Shown here in pieces: positions 12,421-25,438 of a stretch of 64,000 nucleotides of DNA (position 1 is the first letter of the stretch; each line of letters opens with the position of its first letter). Under the pieces are notes generated by a model, which was not told the DNA's origin, made no database searches, and was given only the letters and a program-made list of their open reading frames with translations. Both the position numbers and the translations under genes were made by a program. Source of the stretch: Octopus sinensis (lineage: Eukaryota); the NCBI RefSeq assembly GCF_006345805.1, contig NC_043019.1:25357360-25421359 (forward strand). The letters are read 5' to 3'.

Positions 12421-12851
12421 CCATCATCATCATCACTATCACTGATGCTGCTGCTGCTGTCTCGCCATCTCCACCCTCACAGCTGCTACTTTTTTTGTCA
12501 CCCCTGTTCCAGCTGCTGATGGCCTTATGATCTCTAGCTCCCACCTCACCTCTTCTCCCTGGGGGAAATTAGGTTACAACCATGTCTACTACATCTCTGG
12601 TGATAGTGTTTTCTGTGAGAGGTTGGTGGTGGTGGGGGGAGAAGAGGAGGAGGAGGAGGAAGTCTAGAGACACAGAAGCAGGTTTGTCTGTCTGCATTGG
12701 CAGTTCGACTGTCTGTCTGTCTGTCTGCTTCTATCAGTTGCTATGCTTACATGTGTGTGTGGTGTCTGTCTATTTATCTATGTACACACACACACACGTT
12801 TATGTATTTGTATGTATGTATATCTGTAAAAGTATTTGTGTGTGTTTAGAT

Positions 12852-13402
12852 TCTTACTCTTTTACTTGTTTCAGTCATTTGACTGTGGCCATGCTGGAGC
12901 ACTGCCTTTAGTTGATCAAATCTACCCCAGGACTTATTCTTTGGAAGCCTAGTACTTATTCTATCGGACTCATTTGCCGATCCACTAAGTTACGGGGACA
13001 TATACACACCAACATCGGTTGTCAAGCGATGTTTGGGGGGACAAACATACACACAAACACACACACACACACACACATATATATACATATATATTTCTTT
13101 ATTGCCCACAAGGGGCTAAACATAGAGGGGACAAACAAGGACAGACGAAGGGATTGAGTCGATTATATTGCCTCCAGTGCGAAACTGGTACTTTATTGAT
13201 CGACCCCGAAAGGATGAAAGGCAAAGTTGACCTCGGCAGAATTTGAATTCAGAACGTAACGACAGACGAAATACCGCTAAGCATTTCACCCAGCACGCTA
13301 ACGTGTCTGCCAGCTCGCCGCCTTATATATACATCTGCCTATATATATACATATATACAATGAGCTTCTTTTAGTTTCCATCTGCCAAATCCACTCACAG
13401 AG
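12852..13402 (-). mobile_element. SINE family A interrupted by SINE family B (13092-13324)
   Basis: Both bodies match other copies; B is inserted in the internal (TA)n tract of A. Confidence 0.8.
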
Positions 13403-13619
13403 CTCCTTATCTGCATGCTATATGAATGACCATTTCCATGATGCTAGTAGGGCCTGGCCTTCTTTCCTCCTTAATAAAATTTCAGTGAAGGACTTTCAGT
13501 TACTGGTTTTGCTCCTTTGTCTGGAATTCCTTCTCCAGATTTTCTAAAAATTCTGTTATAAGAACTTGGTCATCAGCACATAGGGGTTCCAATGGGCAGC
13601 TAATTTAAAATTCTTTTGA

Positions 13620-14860
13620 GTGGGGAGGCATTGAACTGAGACCCAATGACCCCTACCTGAACACTAAATTCATCACTGAACTCATTGCTGGCTCTTACCC
13701 TTCTGACTGCACATCTGTACATGGTATGAGGACCCTTATAAACTATTCTGTTTCATTATTACCCACAAGGGGCTAAACATAGATGGTGTCTGGCTGCTCT
13801 TCAATTTCGTTGATATTTTTTCCTGCTGTTCCATTTCTTCTTCCACTCTTTCCAAAGCCTACCTCATTTATGGTTCCATCACCTACAAACAAGGACAGAA
13901 AAATGGATTAAGTCGATTACATCGACCCCAGTGTGTAGCTGGTACTTAATTTATCGACCCCGAAAGGATGAAAGGCAAAGTCAACCTCGGCGGAATTTGA
14001 ACTCAGAACGTAACGCCAGACGAAATACGGCTACGCATTTCGCCCGGCGTGCTAACGTTTCTGCCAGCTCGCCGCCTTATATATATAAACTATTCACCTC
14101 CTAGCTTCTTTAGTAACCACCTGATTCCAGAGTGAGAGACTCGAGATTCTATTAAAGGCCTTGATGAATGCTAAATATAGGGGGTTTACTCTTAATTAAG
14201 TATTTCTCTTGTAATTGTCTCATTAGGAAGATGATGTTGGTGATCACTTATTTGCTTGAAAGCAAATTGCTTCTCATCCAAGCTATTCTTGTTTCTAATA
14301 AATTTTTTTTTTTGGCAGTGATGGTGGGGGCAGCCCCCTTCCTTCCCATGTATTCTTTGCATCCAGCAACCTTTCATCTAGCACTTCCATTCCTCATTTT
14401 CTGTTTTCAGTGTCATTAAGAACAAACAAACTGTTCCTATCAATGTGTATGCGTTTCTCCTTCAAGACGTCTTCATCCTGTCTGCCTAACAATGCAGAAC
14501 CCCTCTTACCCCCTTCCTCATCCTCACATCACAGAGCATCTGTAAATCTCTTTCTTTTTGCCTCTCCCCTAGCCAAGGACACCTGATGGTGTCTGGCTGC
14601 TCTTCAATTTTGTTGATATTTTTTCCTGCTGTTCCATTTCTTCTTCCACTCTTTCCAAAGCCTACCTCATTTATGGTTCCATCACCTACAACACTATTCC
14701 TCCATTATATAACCTTTTGTCTGGCTGAGTCCTTACACAAGCTATTATTAGATCTGGTTTGTAGTCATCAGCTGGTTGTCTCTTAGAAACTCTCAGCTTT
14801 CTGCTTTTATAAATCTCCATTTTCTCCACCCTTTTGTTAAATCAATCTCTCTTTCTCAAC
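13620..14860 (-). mobile_element. Decayed RTE-clade LINE ORF2 fragment, with a SINE B (13749-14083, TSD tataaactattc) inserted
   Basis: Minus-strand peptides SLDEKQFAF, NIIFLMRQLQEKYLIKSKP, LYLAFIKAFNR and MYRCAVRRVRASNEFSDEFSVQVGV are RTE reverse-transcriptase motifs. 12-bp TSD at 13737-13748 and 14084-14095. Confidence 0.8.
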
Positions 14861-16204
14861 AGTTTCTGTATTTTATCAATCTGAAAAAGATGAAAGGCAT
14901 TGACATTGGTGGGATTTGAACTCAGAACATAAACAGCTGAAAGAAAGGCCACTAAACATTTTGTCTGACATGGTAAACATTCCATCAGCTCATCGTAATA
15001 ATAACCAGCATTAATAACGCTTGTCCTCCTCCCTATAACTAAGTGCAGTCTAGTGAGGAAAGTATTTGACCTTTACTCAGGAATGGTGACCTTTCCCATA
15101 ACAATTTGGTTCCTGTTTCAACTTCTGCTGAAGGAAGGGGATTGTAGTCTAAACTCATGTGTCTCCCATTGAAATCCTCATTAATTGTCCTGAGGTGGAT
15201 TTGAACTTGGAACTTCTACACTCTAGGTGCAGAAGTGACTGTGTAAATAGGCACAGGCATGGATGTGTGGTAAGAAGCTTCCTTCCCAGCCACATAGTTC
15301 TAGGTTCAGTCCCAAGCAATGGTGGAAGGGACAGACATAGATACACATACACATACACACATATATATGCAACGGGCTTCTTTCAGTTTCCGTCTACCAA
15401 ATCCACTCACAAGGCTTTGGTTGGTCGGCCTGAGGCTATGGTAGAAGACATCTGCCCAAGGTGCCATGCAGTGGGACTGAACCTGGAACCAGGTGGTTGG
15501 GAAGCAAGCTACTTACCACACAATATAATTTCTAACATAGCTACAAGGGTGACAAATAATGATAATAATGGTTTCAAATTCTGGTGCAAGACCAGAAATC
15601 TAAGAGTAGGGGACAGGTCGATTACATTAACCCCAGTGCATAACTGGTACTTATTTTATTGACCCTGAAAGGATGAAAGGCAAAATTGACCTCGGTGGAA
15701 TTTGAATAAAATGGATGAAATGCTTCTAAGCCCAGTGTGCTAATGTTCTTAATAATAATAATAATAATAATGGGTTTCTGATTTAGGTAGAAGGCTAGTA
15801 ATTTTGAAAGGAAGGGATGGTTAACATCAACCCCAGAACTTGACTTGTGCCTTAGTTTATCAACCTCAGAGAAATAAAAGGCAAATAATAATAATAAAAT
15901 TTGTTATAAATTTTGGCACAAGGCCAGCAGTTTTTGGAAGGAGTTTGGGTGGGATACAGTGAGTCCAGTGATTGACAGGAACTTTGTTTTATTGATCCTG
16001 AAAGGATGAAGAGCAAAGTTGACCTCTGTTGGATTTCATTTCAGAATGTAAGGATCTTGAGGAAATGCCATAGATCATTGTGTCAGATGCAGTTTTGATT
16101 CTACCAATGGTGACATAATAAATTGAATAGAAACGGTTTCCAAATGCATTCAGCTTTGATAATTTTGTTTGTTTATTGCTGTTTTCTTTGTTGTTTGTTG
16201 TCAG

Positions 16205-16337
16205 GTGTTTTCAACATGGGCTACATTTGAATATGACCGACGCAATGAAGATGTTGATCCTGTGGCAGCTTCAGCTGAATATGAGCTGGAAAAAAGAGTC
16301 GATCGAATGAATGTATTTCCTGTGGAATTACAGAAAG
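16205..16337 (+). CDS. PPP1R9A/B: Neurabin/spinophilin exon B: PP1-binding domain C-part and PDZ start ([44 protein letters not shown])
   Basis: tgtcag| ... AAAG|gtaac; 133 nt, phase 0 to 1. [23 protein letters not shown] is the diagnostic family motif. Confidence 0.97.
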
Positions 16338-16439
16338 GTAACTTCAATGATCCTTCTGCAAACCCTTACCCATGCCCCACCAACACTGCTCCTTCCAAGG
16401 ATTACCACAAAGAATTTTGGAGAGAGTGGACATAATGTT

Positions 16440-16600
16440 CAAATATTCCATCCATAATGGGAGTACGGTGATAATACACATAACAGCAGTTGGCATTTCA
16501 ATAGGATCACTCTTGGGACCCTCCTTTGCTAATTTTTGCATGTGTAAAGTAGAAAGCACTATATTATTCTAGTATCTCTTTAAATTAACAACCTGAAAGT
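16440..16600 (+). mobile_element. Penelope-like reverse transcriptase fragment
   Basis: GISIGSLLGPSFANFCMCKVESTIL resembles the PLE motif GVAMGSPLGPTxANxxMxxLE. Confidence 0.55.
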
Positions 16601-17724
16601 CCTCTAGAGTCAGGTATGGTTGTGTAGTTTATGAAGTTTGCTTTGCAATGAGGGGTAATCACAATTCATGGCACCATGGAGAAGTGTCTTCTATAGATTC
16701 AGGTTTGTCAAACCTTTGTGAGTGGAACTTAGTTCACAAAAACTAAACACCAACACACATGACTGAAACAAGTAATATATATATATATATATATATAATA
16801 TAAATATTTGTTGTTTCATGTGTGATTTCCATGCTGGTTACAAATTTGCTGCTTTTCTCGATGGTTTAGGGGACCACATCTCAGTTGTATGTTTCATATT
16901 TGGGGCCGTTTCTTTGTCTGGATGCCCTTCTAAACACCTCTCATTTTACAGAGTGCACTGGGTGCATTTTATCTCAGTACCAGTGTACTTGAGAGAGTAG
17001 GGATAAGGAGGGGAGCAAGAGGTGAGTGAAAGACAGGTGTCAGTACCAAATGGCCAGAGATGGAGGAGGGGCAGTACAGGTAGAGTGCATGGGGTACATG
17101 TGGGCCGGGTCTGATATGTAAAGACAAGGTTAATAGCCTGAACGATTAGGATTAAGGTGGGTCATTTAGATGAAGGTAGTTGGGGGATCAACTGACCTTC
17201 ATTGGAGAATTGTAATTGAGAATTTTTAATTATTATTCCTACTTTTAATAAATGCATTTCCTAATTATTTACTGTTAATTACATGGCACTTAGTATTAAT
17301 TATCTAGGAAGTAATTAGTCTGAAGTTCCATTTGACGTCTGTTTTGAAGGAAATTTTCGGCTAATTATTACTGTTGAGAAAGTGTTTATTTACAGAGCTA
17401 GCTACGTCATTAGGGAGGTGGGGGGAGGGGGATGGAAGGTATAAGAGGGGTGGAGGAGGGGTGTTTAAGAGAGAACGAAGAGGTTAGAAGTGTGAGAGTG
17501 CTCAAGAACTAAGAAACCTGTAAGGGTATAGAGGTAGGGAAGAGAGAGAGAGAGAGAGAGACTGGTTGTTATATAGGAGGAAGATGTGAGAGAAAATTGA
17601 GATGCAGTGACACAGGGATGGGAAAAGTGAAAGAGAACGAGAGAGAGAGGGTGGAAGATCAAGGTCCCGGGATACATCTGTCTGTCTCTCTCCCTCCCTC
17701 TCTCTGTCTCTTGTCTCCCCCCCC

Positions 17725-17790
<66 letters not shown>

Positions 17791-18606
17791 AGTGTGATGC
17801 AAGCATTGTGGCATAGAGGAAGTGGGGGGGGGGTGAGCATAAAAGAGAGACTGTGGGAGAGGAAGAAAGATAAGGAGAGAGAGAATGTCTATTGAGATAA
17901 AATTTGGCAGATGGAAACTACATTGAATCACATTGTGTGTGGTGGTGGTGGTGGTGGTGGTGGTGGTGGCACATTCATTTGTTCCATATCTGTTTTTCCA
18001 TGCATGCATGAGTTAGACCTCTGGTTTCCAACCGGGATCTGTATGGCCCTTAGGGGTCCATATAAGAGTTTGATGTTAAAATTCATCTGCAATAAATTGC
18101 TTATACAAGACACAAAATATTTCAACATTTTTTTTTATACATTTCCTAATAATGTTTAATTACAAAAATATATTAGGATTTTTTTATACATACATTACAC
18201 TACACTCGTGGAGTGGTTGGCGTAAGGAAGGGCATCCAGCTGTAGAAACTCTGCCAGATCAGACTGGAGTCTGGTGCAGCCCCTGGCTTCCCAGACCCCG
18301 GTCGAACCGTCCAACCTGTGCTAGCGTGGAAAACGGACGTTAAATGATGATGATGATTACATAGTGATGGAGGTCCAGTGGAGTAAACTTGGAAACAAAG
18401 GAGTCCGAAGGCAACAAAAGATGGTTGAGAAGGAATATGTTATTTTGAGGCATTATTTTAATGGCCAGATGCTCTTCCTGTCACTGACCTTTACTAAGGG
18501 ATCTCTAATTCCACTTAACTTTCAAGGTATAAAGTGACTGGATGATTTGTTGATAGGAGAAACTGACTGAAACACTGCCCCCTACACCATACGAACAATC
18601 AGAGAT

Positions 18607-18641
<35 letters not shown>

Positions 18642-19628
18642 TGCACACACATGTTCTTTATTAAGAACTTCTGTTGATGTCTCACCTCATCCAGGTGCAA
18701 ACCCAGATCACATCTCATTTTGCCTAATTTCATTTCTAATTAATTATTTGTGCTCTAACTCTTTCTGTTACTTCAGTGGCATCAATTTAATATCTTTGTG
18801 GTTGCTTCTTTCTTGAGAATCTCCTTATCCCTTGTAACAGTTGATGGTGATACTAAAAAAGGTAAAGGGGTAAAAACCCCCTTTGATCATGACTGACCAT
18901 GGGATTTCTTCTAGAAAGTCCAGGTAAAGTTCCTTTTTGTGGAAGACCAGCAGTTGTCCATGCATACCAGCCTCCTTTCTTTGTACCAAAAATGTTATCC
19001 AAGGAAAAGGCAAAAGGGCCGATACAGCTTGGCACCTGTGACATCGCAACTCATTTCTACAGCTGAGTGAACTGGAGCTGTGTGAAATAAAATGTCTTGC
19101 TCAAGAACACAACATGCAGCCTGGTCCAGGAGTCGAACTCACTACATCATGATGATGATACTACCAACTACTTGAAAGGCAGTGAGCTGGCAGAAATGTT
19201 AGCACACCGGGCGAAATGCTTAGCAGTATTTCGTCTGTCTTTACATTCTGAGTTCAAATCCCACCGAGGTTGACTTTGCCTTTAATCCTTTTGGGATCAA
19301 TAAAGTACCAGTTGCATACTGGGGTCGATCTAATCAACTGCCCCGCCTCCCTCCAAAATTTCAGGCCTTGTGCCTAGAGTAGAAACTACTCAAAACACTG
19401 CAATTGATTTCTTCCTATGATTCCTCATGGACCCTGCGACTAACCAGTGCTGTCCCTACTTTGGATATTTTCAGCATCTCAGTGACTCCTCCTGATAGTT
19501 CAGCTTCTGACCCTGTCTCTATCATTAATGATCATTTCAACCGAATAGTGGTTAATTTCAATGATTGACCTTAGAAAGGGATTGACCTGACCCAGTTATT
19601 TCTAATGATTCAATTGTTTCTTCAACAG

Positions 19629-19749
19629 GTCACGATGGACTTGGCTTAAGTATTATCGGTATGGGAGTTGGTGCCGATGCTGGTCTCGAAAAGCTTGGTA
19701 TATTTATCAAGACATTAGCACCCTCAGGAGCTGCTCAGCGAGATGGCAG
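19629..19749 (+). CDS. PPP1R9A/B: Neurabin/spinophilin exon C: PDZ domain ([41 protein letters not shown])
   Basis: ttcaacag| ... GCAG|gtaagt; 121 nt, phase 1 to 2. [23 protein letters not shown] matches the neurabin PDZ. Absent from the ORF track; translated by hand. Confidence 0.97.
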
Positions 19750-20043
19750 GTAAGTAAACCAAATAGATTTCTTGTTTTTGTGTGTGTCTGTGAATTTATG
19801 ATAAACATATAGGTTATATTATTGGCTTCTACATACGTTTTGCCATTATGGTTGCTTGGAACCCTGCATTGGATGCTTAACCAGAACAGATCTTCAGGGA
19901 ACACTTTATTGCATTGAGTTAAAGGGAACTAATGCTACTGAGTATAGTAATTGCTTAACCATCAAACCAGAAGCACTTGATAATCTATGTGGAGCTCTGA
20001 ATATAACGACAGCAGTCATACATCAATTTGTACACACAAGATA

Positions 20044-20078
<35 letters not shown>

Positions 20079-20081
<3 letters not shown>

Positions 20082-20759
20082 TGGATGCATAAGGTATTTG
20101 AGGACAGATTTATGTTTATAAAAAAACAGCTATATAATAACATAACTTTATTTATCAAAAAATGCTATGAGGATAAATATAAACCTTCTTTTCTATAATG
20201 TTATTCAATAAAGCCACCTTCAGCTTCAACGACTGCTTCTATATGAGATCTAAATCATCTACATGCTCAAATCAAGTGGTCCTTTTAGATCTGATGTAGT
20301 GATTTTCTTTTGCTTTTTCTGACAAATTGACCTTTTTTCATCATATAAGACTGATTGTTCTTTCTGACACATGGAGATCTTTTGCAATTGACCTCATGGA
20401 CTTTCTTGGATTGTAATCAATGGTCTGTTGAACTTGCTGGATAAATTCAGATGTTCTGATGGTTTCAGAGCGTTTAGAATGCTTTTTATGCTTTCAGACT
20501 GGTGATACATTTCCATCTTTAGACTCTAGCTCCTTACAAACTTTGTAGACAAAAGATTTGGCAACTTTTAAAAATCGAGATATTTCTAAATTGCTATGCT
20601 CAGCCTTTATAACCACAATAAAAGCATGCCTCTTCATTTCTTGAGTAAGCTGAGGGTCTGCCATTATTATTTTCTGAAACAGAGATTATACAGAGGTAGC
20701 AAAAAATGCAGCAATGATCCCAAAAAAGGTATGTCCTCAGATACCTGACGTACCCTTTA
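20079..20759 (-). mobile_element. Internally deleted Tc1/mariner-superfamily transposon
   Basis: ~28-bp imperfect TIRs with TA ends. The minus strand gives MADPQLTQEMKRHAFIVVIKAEHSNLEISRFLKVAKSFVYKV...NPRKSMRSIAKDLHVSERTI (HTH region, ATG at 20664) and the C-terminus ACR*FRSHIEAVVEAEGGFIE*; the catalytic middle is missing. Confidence 0.85.
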
Positions 20760-20944
20760 CATATAATCATAACATGACAGAGAAATAGTTCAATGAAATT
20801 TTATTTCATGATAAGAAAATTCGATTACAACAAATTGTTTCGTAACTTAAAAACATGTAAATAACTTATATATAATAATGAATAAATTGCTTACATGCCT
20901 ACATGAATGCAAAAAACCCTTCCAAATAATGCAGAATTTAAGCT

Positions 20945-21230
20945 ACGTTGCCAGCGCCGCCCCGACTGGCCTCCGTGCCGGTGGCATGTAAAAAAGCACC
21001 ATCTGATTGTGGCCGTTGCCAGCCTCGTCTGGCCCCTGTGCCGGTGGCATGTAAAAAGCACCCACTACACTCACGGAGTGGTTGGCGTTAGGAAGGGCAT
21101 CCAGCTGTAGAAACATTGCCAGATCAGACTGGGCCTGGTGCAGCCTTCTGGCTTCCCAGACCCCAGTTGAACCGTCCAACCCATGCTAGCATGGAAAACG
21201 GACGTTAAACGATGATGATGATGATGATGA
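20945..21230 (+). mobile_element. Retroposon 3' end with (GAT)n tail (RTE-type tail family)
   Basis: Shared body gttggcgttaggaagggcatccagctgtagaaac...ggacgttaaacgatgatgat. Related copies at about 8030-8246, 18195-18357, 22960-23145, 47908-48170 (-), 50595-50900 (-), 54240-54400 and 59840-60000. Confidence 0.7.
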
Positions 21231-21774
21231 CATATAGATACACATACATTCTGAGTTCAAATCTGACTGAGGTTGGTGCCAGTCGAGTCAAGTTCTGGGG
21301 TCAAATGTAGGTGCTCTTTACAGTAAAACATTCTATTGTGACACTCCTTGGATGCCTCTGATAAGATGCTATTGCCATCCAACTGAACAACCAATCCATT
21401 GCAGAAGATAAATGGCTTTGTATGATGTTGGCAAAACAAGTCAGAGCTTTGTAGTCTGCAGTGTTTCTCTTGCATTAACCCCTCAGGTGTTTATTCTGCT
21501 CTGCCAATGAAGTGCTTCAGCTGGAAATTGATATCTTTGTCAATCCCAAGCCATTTTATACACTTGCGATGCTATTACACGATGGTATCGTTTATTATAT
21601 CATTATTATATGGTGATATTTATACCATATTTTCAGTTAATGAGTTAGTTTGCCAAGAATATTTACTTAGCTTTAAATTCTCTCCGTCTCTGTGGAATAA
21701 TTCTGTAAAAGAATATTCAATCTTTGGTTATTTCATCAGTGCTCTCTTACGCCAAGCCTCACTCTCTCATCTGT

Positions 21775-21830
<56 letters not shown>

Positions 21831-23533
21831 TACACACATGCGTGCATGCACATACTCCACATACACACATGCACTTGCACACATGCTCTCACACACACAC
21901 ATGCACTCACACGCACACATTTGTGTTTTTTGTATATGCATCTTTATTTCTCTCTCACATTTTTCTCTCTGTTTATTTCTCTTTCTCTCCCTGCCGCTCC
22001 CTCACACAATCCTCCTCTCTCTGCCACTCCTTACACATTCTCTTTTTCAATCTACATCTCTGCTCTTCATTTTCCCTTTTTTTACCCTCATTCCTTTCTG
22101 TCTCCTACTCTTACCTTTTCTCTCTTGTCATGGCTGCCTGCTTTTTCCAAAACACTCTCTCATACTCTCCACACACCTCTTTCTCTCTCTCTCACATCTT
22201 TTTGCACAATTCCCCCCCCCACCTTATTTTCAGTAATTTCCTTTCCAGATGTTCCACCTCATTACATTCTACTTTCATCTTGTTCTGTGGAATTTAGTTG
22301 AGAAAATATGGTTAAAATGTCTGTCGATGTCTAACGTTTAGAGTTTCTTCAGTTTAAATGTAAAGTGTGAAAGAAAGCATTAATTCCCTGCCGTCCATGC
22401 ATTTTGAAATTTTCAACTAAAGAAACCTCAATGCATTTATTGATGTAAAGGACCTGAGTTTCATACAAATTTGCTGAATTCTTTTGGTGTATGGTGTTAT
22501 ATATCATTTATCACACTGACTTATTGTCAGGTTAATAACAGCAGTTAACAAATACTATTTATCTATAAGTTGTCATCTGATGATGATGTTAATTACAATA
22601 GAAGGTGGCTGGCTGATAAAATGAAACTAAATTGGTTCTGAAACACCAGCTGTCATAAAGTTGTCTGTTCTTTGATTAGCTTGGAGATCTGTTTTTAAAA
22701 TGTTTGTTAACTGTCAGACTAGCTTTGTATTTTAAACATCAAAATAGGTTTCTGTATGAAACCTAAGGTAACTAATACTTGCATAAAATCTGGAGCTGGA
22801 CCCTCTTTAATCTGTGTTCTTAATTCTGGGTTATGGTCCTGCTGAGTTAAATTCATTTTTTATTGGTTTGACCCCCAGGGAAGAGACTGGGACCATGGTC
22901 TTTACAGGCCTGCCAAGACCATTGAGATTAATATGATTAATGTTTATCTTGTAAGCTACTTGGTGACCCTTCAGGTGCTGGTGCCACATAAAAAGCACCC
23001 GGTACACCTTGTAAAGTGGTTGGCATTAGGAAGGGTATCCAGCCAGAAAAGCCAAGACAAAACAAAACTGGAATTTGGTGCAGTGCTCCAGCTTGTCAGT
23101 TCCTGCTAAGCTGTCCAACTCATGTCGGTTAAATGATGATGATGAGAGATGAAATTTCAGCCTGGTGAATCTCTACATCCTTGGTGACTGCAGGGCAACC
23201 TCGGGCCACAAACTTGTCTGCTGCATCTTGACTATGGCACTGCTGATATTGAGAGCGATCTTAAAGAATTTTGGCATAAAGCTCCTGATTTTGACGGGAA
23301 TGGGGCTAGTCCATTTCATTGACCGCAGTATCTGAATGGTACTTTATTGATGGAGGGCAAAGTTATCCCAGTGGGATTTGAGCTTGGAGCTTAAGGAGCC
23401 ACAAACCCCTAAAGGATGAAAGGGAAAGTCAACCTCAGTGGGATAATAACAACAAATCAAAGATATGACAAGATTTGATGGAACAGAATAATGGCTGATA
23501 TAATTGAACTGCGATTCTATCTGTGGCACAATC

Positions 23534-23843
23534 TCTTTTACTCTTTTACTTGTTTCAGTCATTTGACTGTGGCCATGCTGGAGCACCGCCTTTAATTGAG
23601 CAACTCGACCCCGGGACTTATTCTTTTGTAAGCCCAGTACTTATTCTATCGGTCTCTTTTTGCCGAACCGCTAAGTGACGGGGACGTAAACACACCAGCA
23701 TCGGTTGTCAAGCAATGCTAGGGGGACAAACACAGACACACAAACACACACACACTCTTCTTCCATTTTCCTGAGCGCCTAATAATAATAATACTGTAAT
23801 TGTTCCACGTGTTGTTGTTTTTTCTGTTTTCCCGTTTGGATTA

Positions 23844-23897
<54 letters not shown>

Positions 23898-24004
23898 TAC
23901 ATATATACGACGGGCTTCTTTCAGTTTCCGTCTACCAAATCCACTCACAAGGCTTTGGTCGGCCTGAAGCTATAGTAGACGACACTTGCCCAAGGTGCCA
24001 CGCA
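23534..24004 (-). mobile_element. SINE family A, 5'-truncated, with a ~90-bp foreign insert in its microsatellite tract
   Basis: Matches other family A copies; unrelated sequence at about 23755-23848. Confidence 0.82.
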
Positions 24005-24819
24005 GATTTTATAAAAGGAGGGTGACATCAATTCCATTTAATCCCAGTATTCTCTATAGGATTTGAACTCAGAACCTAAAAGTATGTGTGCTGTTATCTA
24101 TATTCATTTTTTTTTCTAGTCTAGGCATAATTCCAAAATGTTCAAAGAGTAGTGGGTAGCATTGTTGTTGTTGTTGTTGCGATGATGGTGGGATAGAATT
24201 GTGTTTGGGTTGGAGGCTACCTTTACTGGAACTAATTCTACCAACCCTAATCCCCGCTTCCCAAACTACCAAAAAGAAAAAAAAAAGAAAGATGAAAGGT
24301 AAAGTTTATCCTAGTGGGATTAGAACCCAGAACTGTAAGGTACAGTGAACTAAATATTTGATAGAAACATATGCGTGGTACCCCTCATTCACCCCTATCA
24401 CTCCTGGCAGCAGGGGTGGGTGGGGGAATGTTGTTCTTGTGAATGTCTACTGATACATTACTATATTGCTGGTGGGGTGGGCATGGGGTGTGGTGGGGAC
24501 TTTGACTCCCTATTCTAGAAACATTGAGGACTATTATGAAAAAGACCCCCAAAAAACAAAATCAACAAGCAACCCTTAAAGAAAAACAATTCTCTCTTCC
24601 CTTAAATAAAGGGACGACTGCTTGAGGGGTGATCTCTTTTAAACATCTTTTCCTCTTCCTTTCTCTCTTCACTTTCTTATATCTATGTCTGTCTGTCTCC
24701 AAACTCTGTGTGTGTGTATGTGTGTATATATACACACACACATATATATACACACACACACATATATATACCTCTCTCTCTCTCTCTATCCAGCCATCCG
24801 GCCATACAGACGGACAGTG

Positions 24820-24894
24820 ATGGCCGGTTCATAGGATTACCTAGGGCGTTACATGCATTTCATCAGATCCTAGGTAACCCTATGGACCGGCCAT
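24820..24894 (+). ncRNA. Candidate intronic pri-miRNA hairpin
   Basis: 26-position stem 24820-24845/24869-24894 with one U-G pair and one A-C mismatch, 23-nt apical region; UG at 24818-24819 and CNNC (CAUC) at 24901. Confidence 0.55.
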
Positions 24895-25438
24895 AAATAA
24901 CATCCTTTAAATACTCTGCTTCTGTTTGTGATTTATGATCTACTAAAGATATATCTATCTATTTATCTATCTGTCTATTGTATATATGTATGAACACACA
25001 TATTATATATGTATATATATATACACAGACACACACACCACACACATGAACCTCTCTCTTCCCTTCCATTAAGGTATAAACCATCTCTCTATTTACACAA
25101 ACACACACACACACAGAGCTTCTCCCCTCCCCCAGTTTATAGTCCACCATACAGTCAGACTTCCAAAAGACTTCCAGGAAGATTCTTTTTCAGAACTTGT
25201 TCTTGCACCCTTCAACACTCCTCTTCATCTTCTTTCTTGTCCTTAAGTATATCTGTCTGTCTGCGATTATACCCACCACAGACCACCATCCAGCCAGCCA
25301 GCCAGCCACCCTTCATCCTCACCCTCCTCCTCTTCGCTACTCTACTCCAGCATCTGTCCCTATTCCCTGCACATATTTGCAAGACACAGATACATATAGA
25401 TATACCCATACACACAAACACACACACACATGAACACA

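Noticed and set aside
21700-21755. Minus-strand CUGAUGA with a short stem
   Set aside because: Followed by GAAU rather than GAAA, with no convincing stem I.
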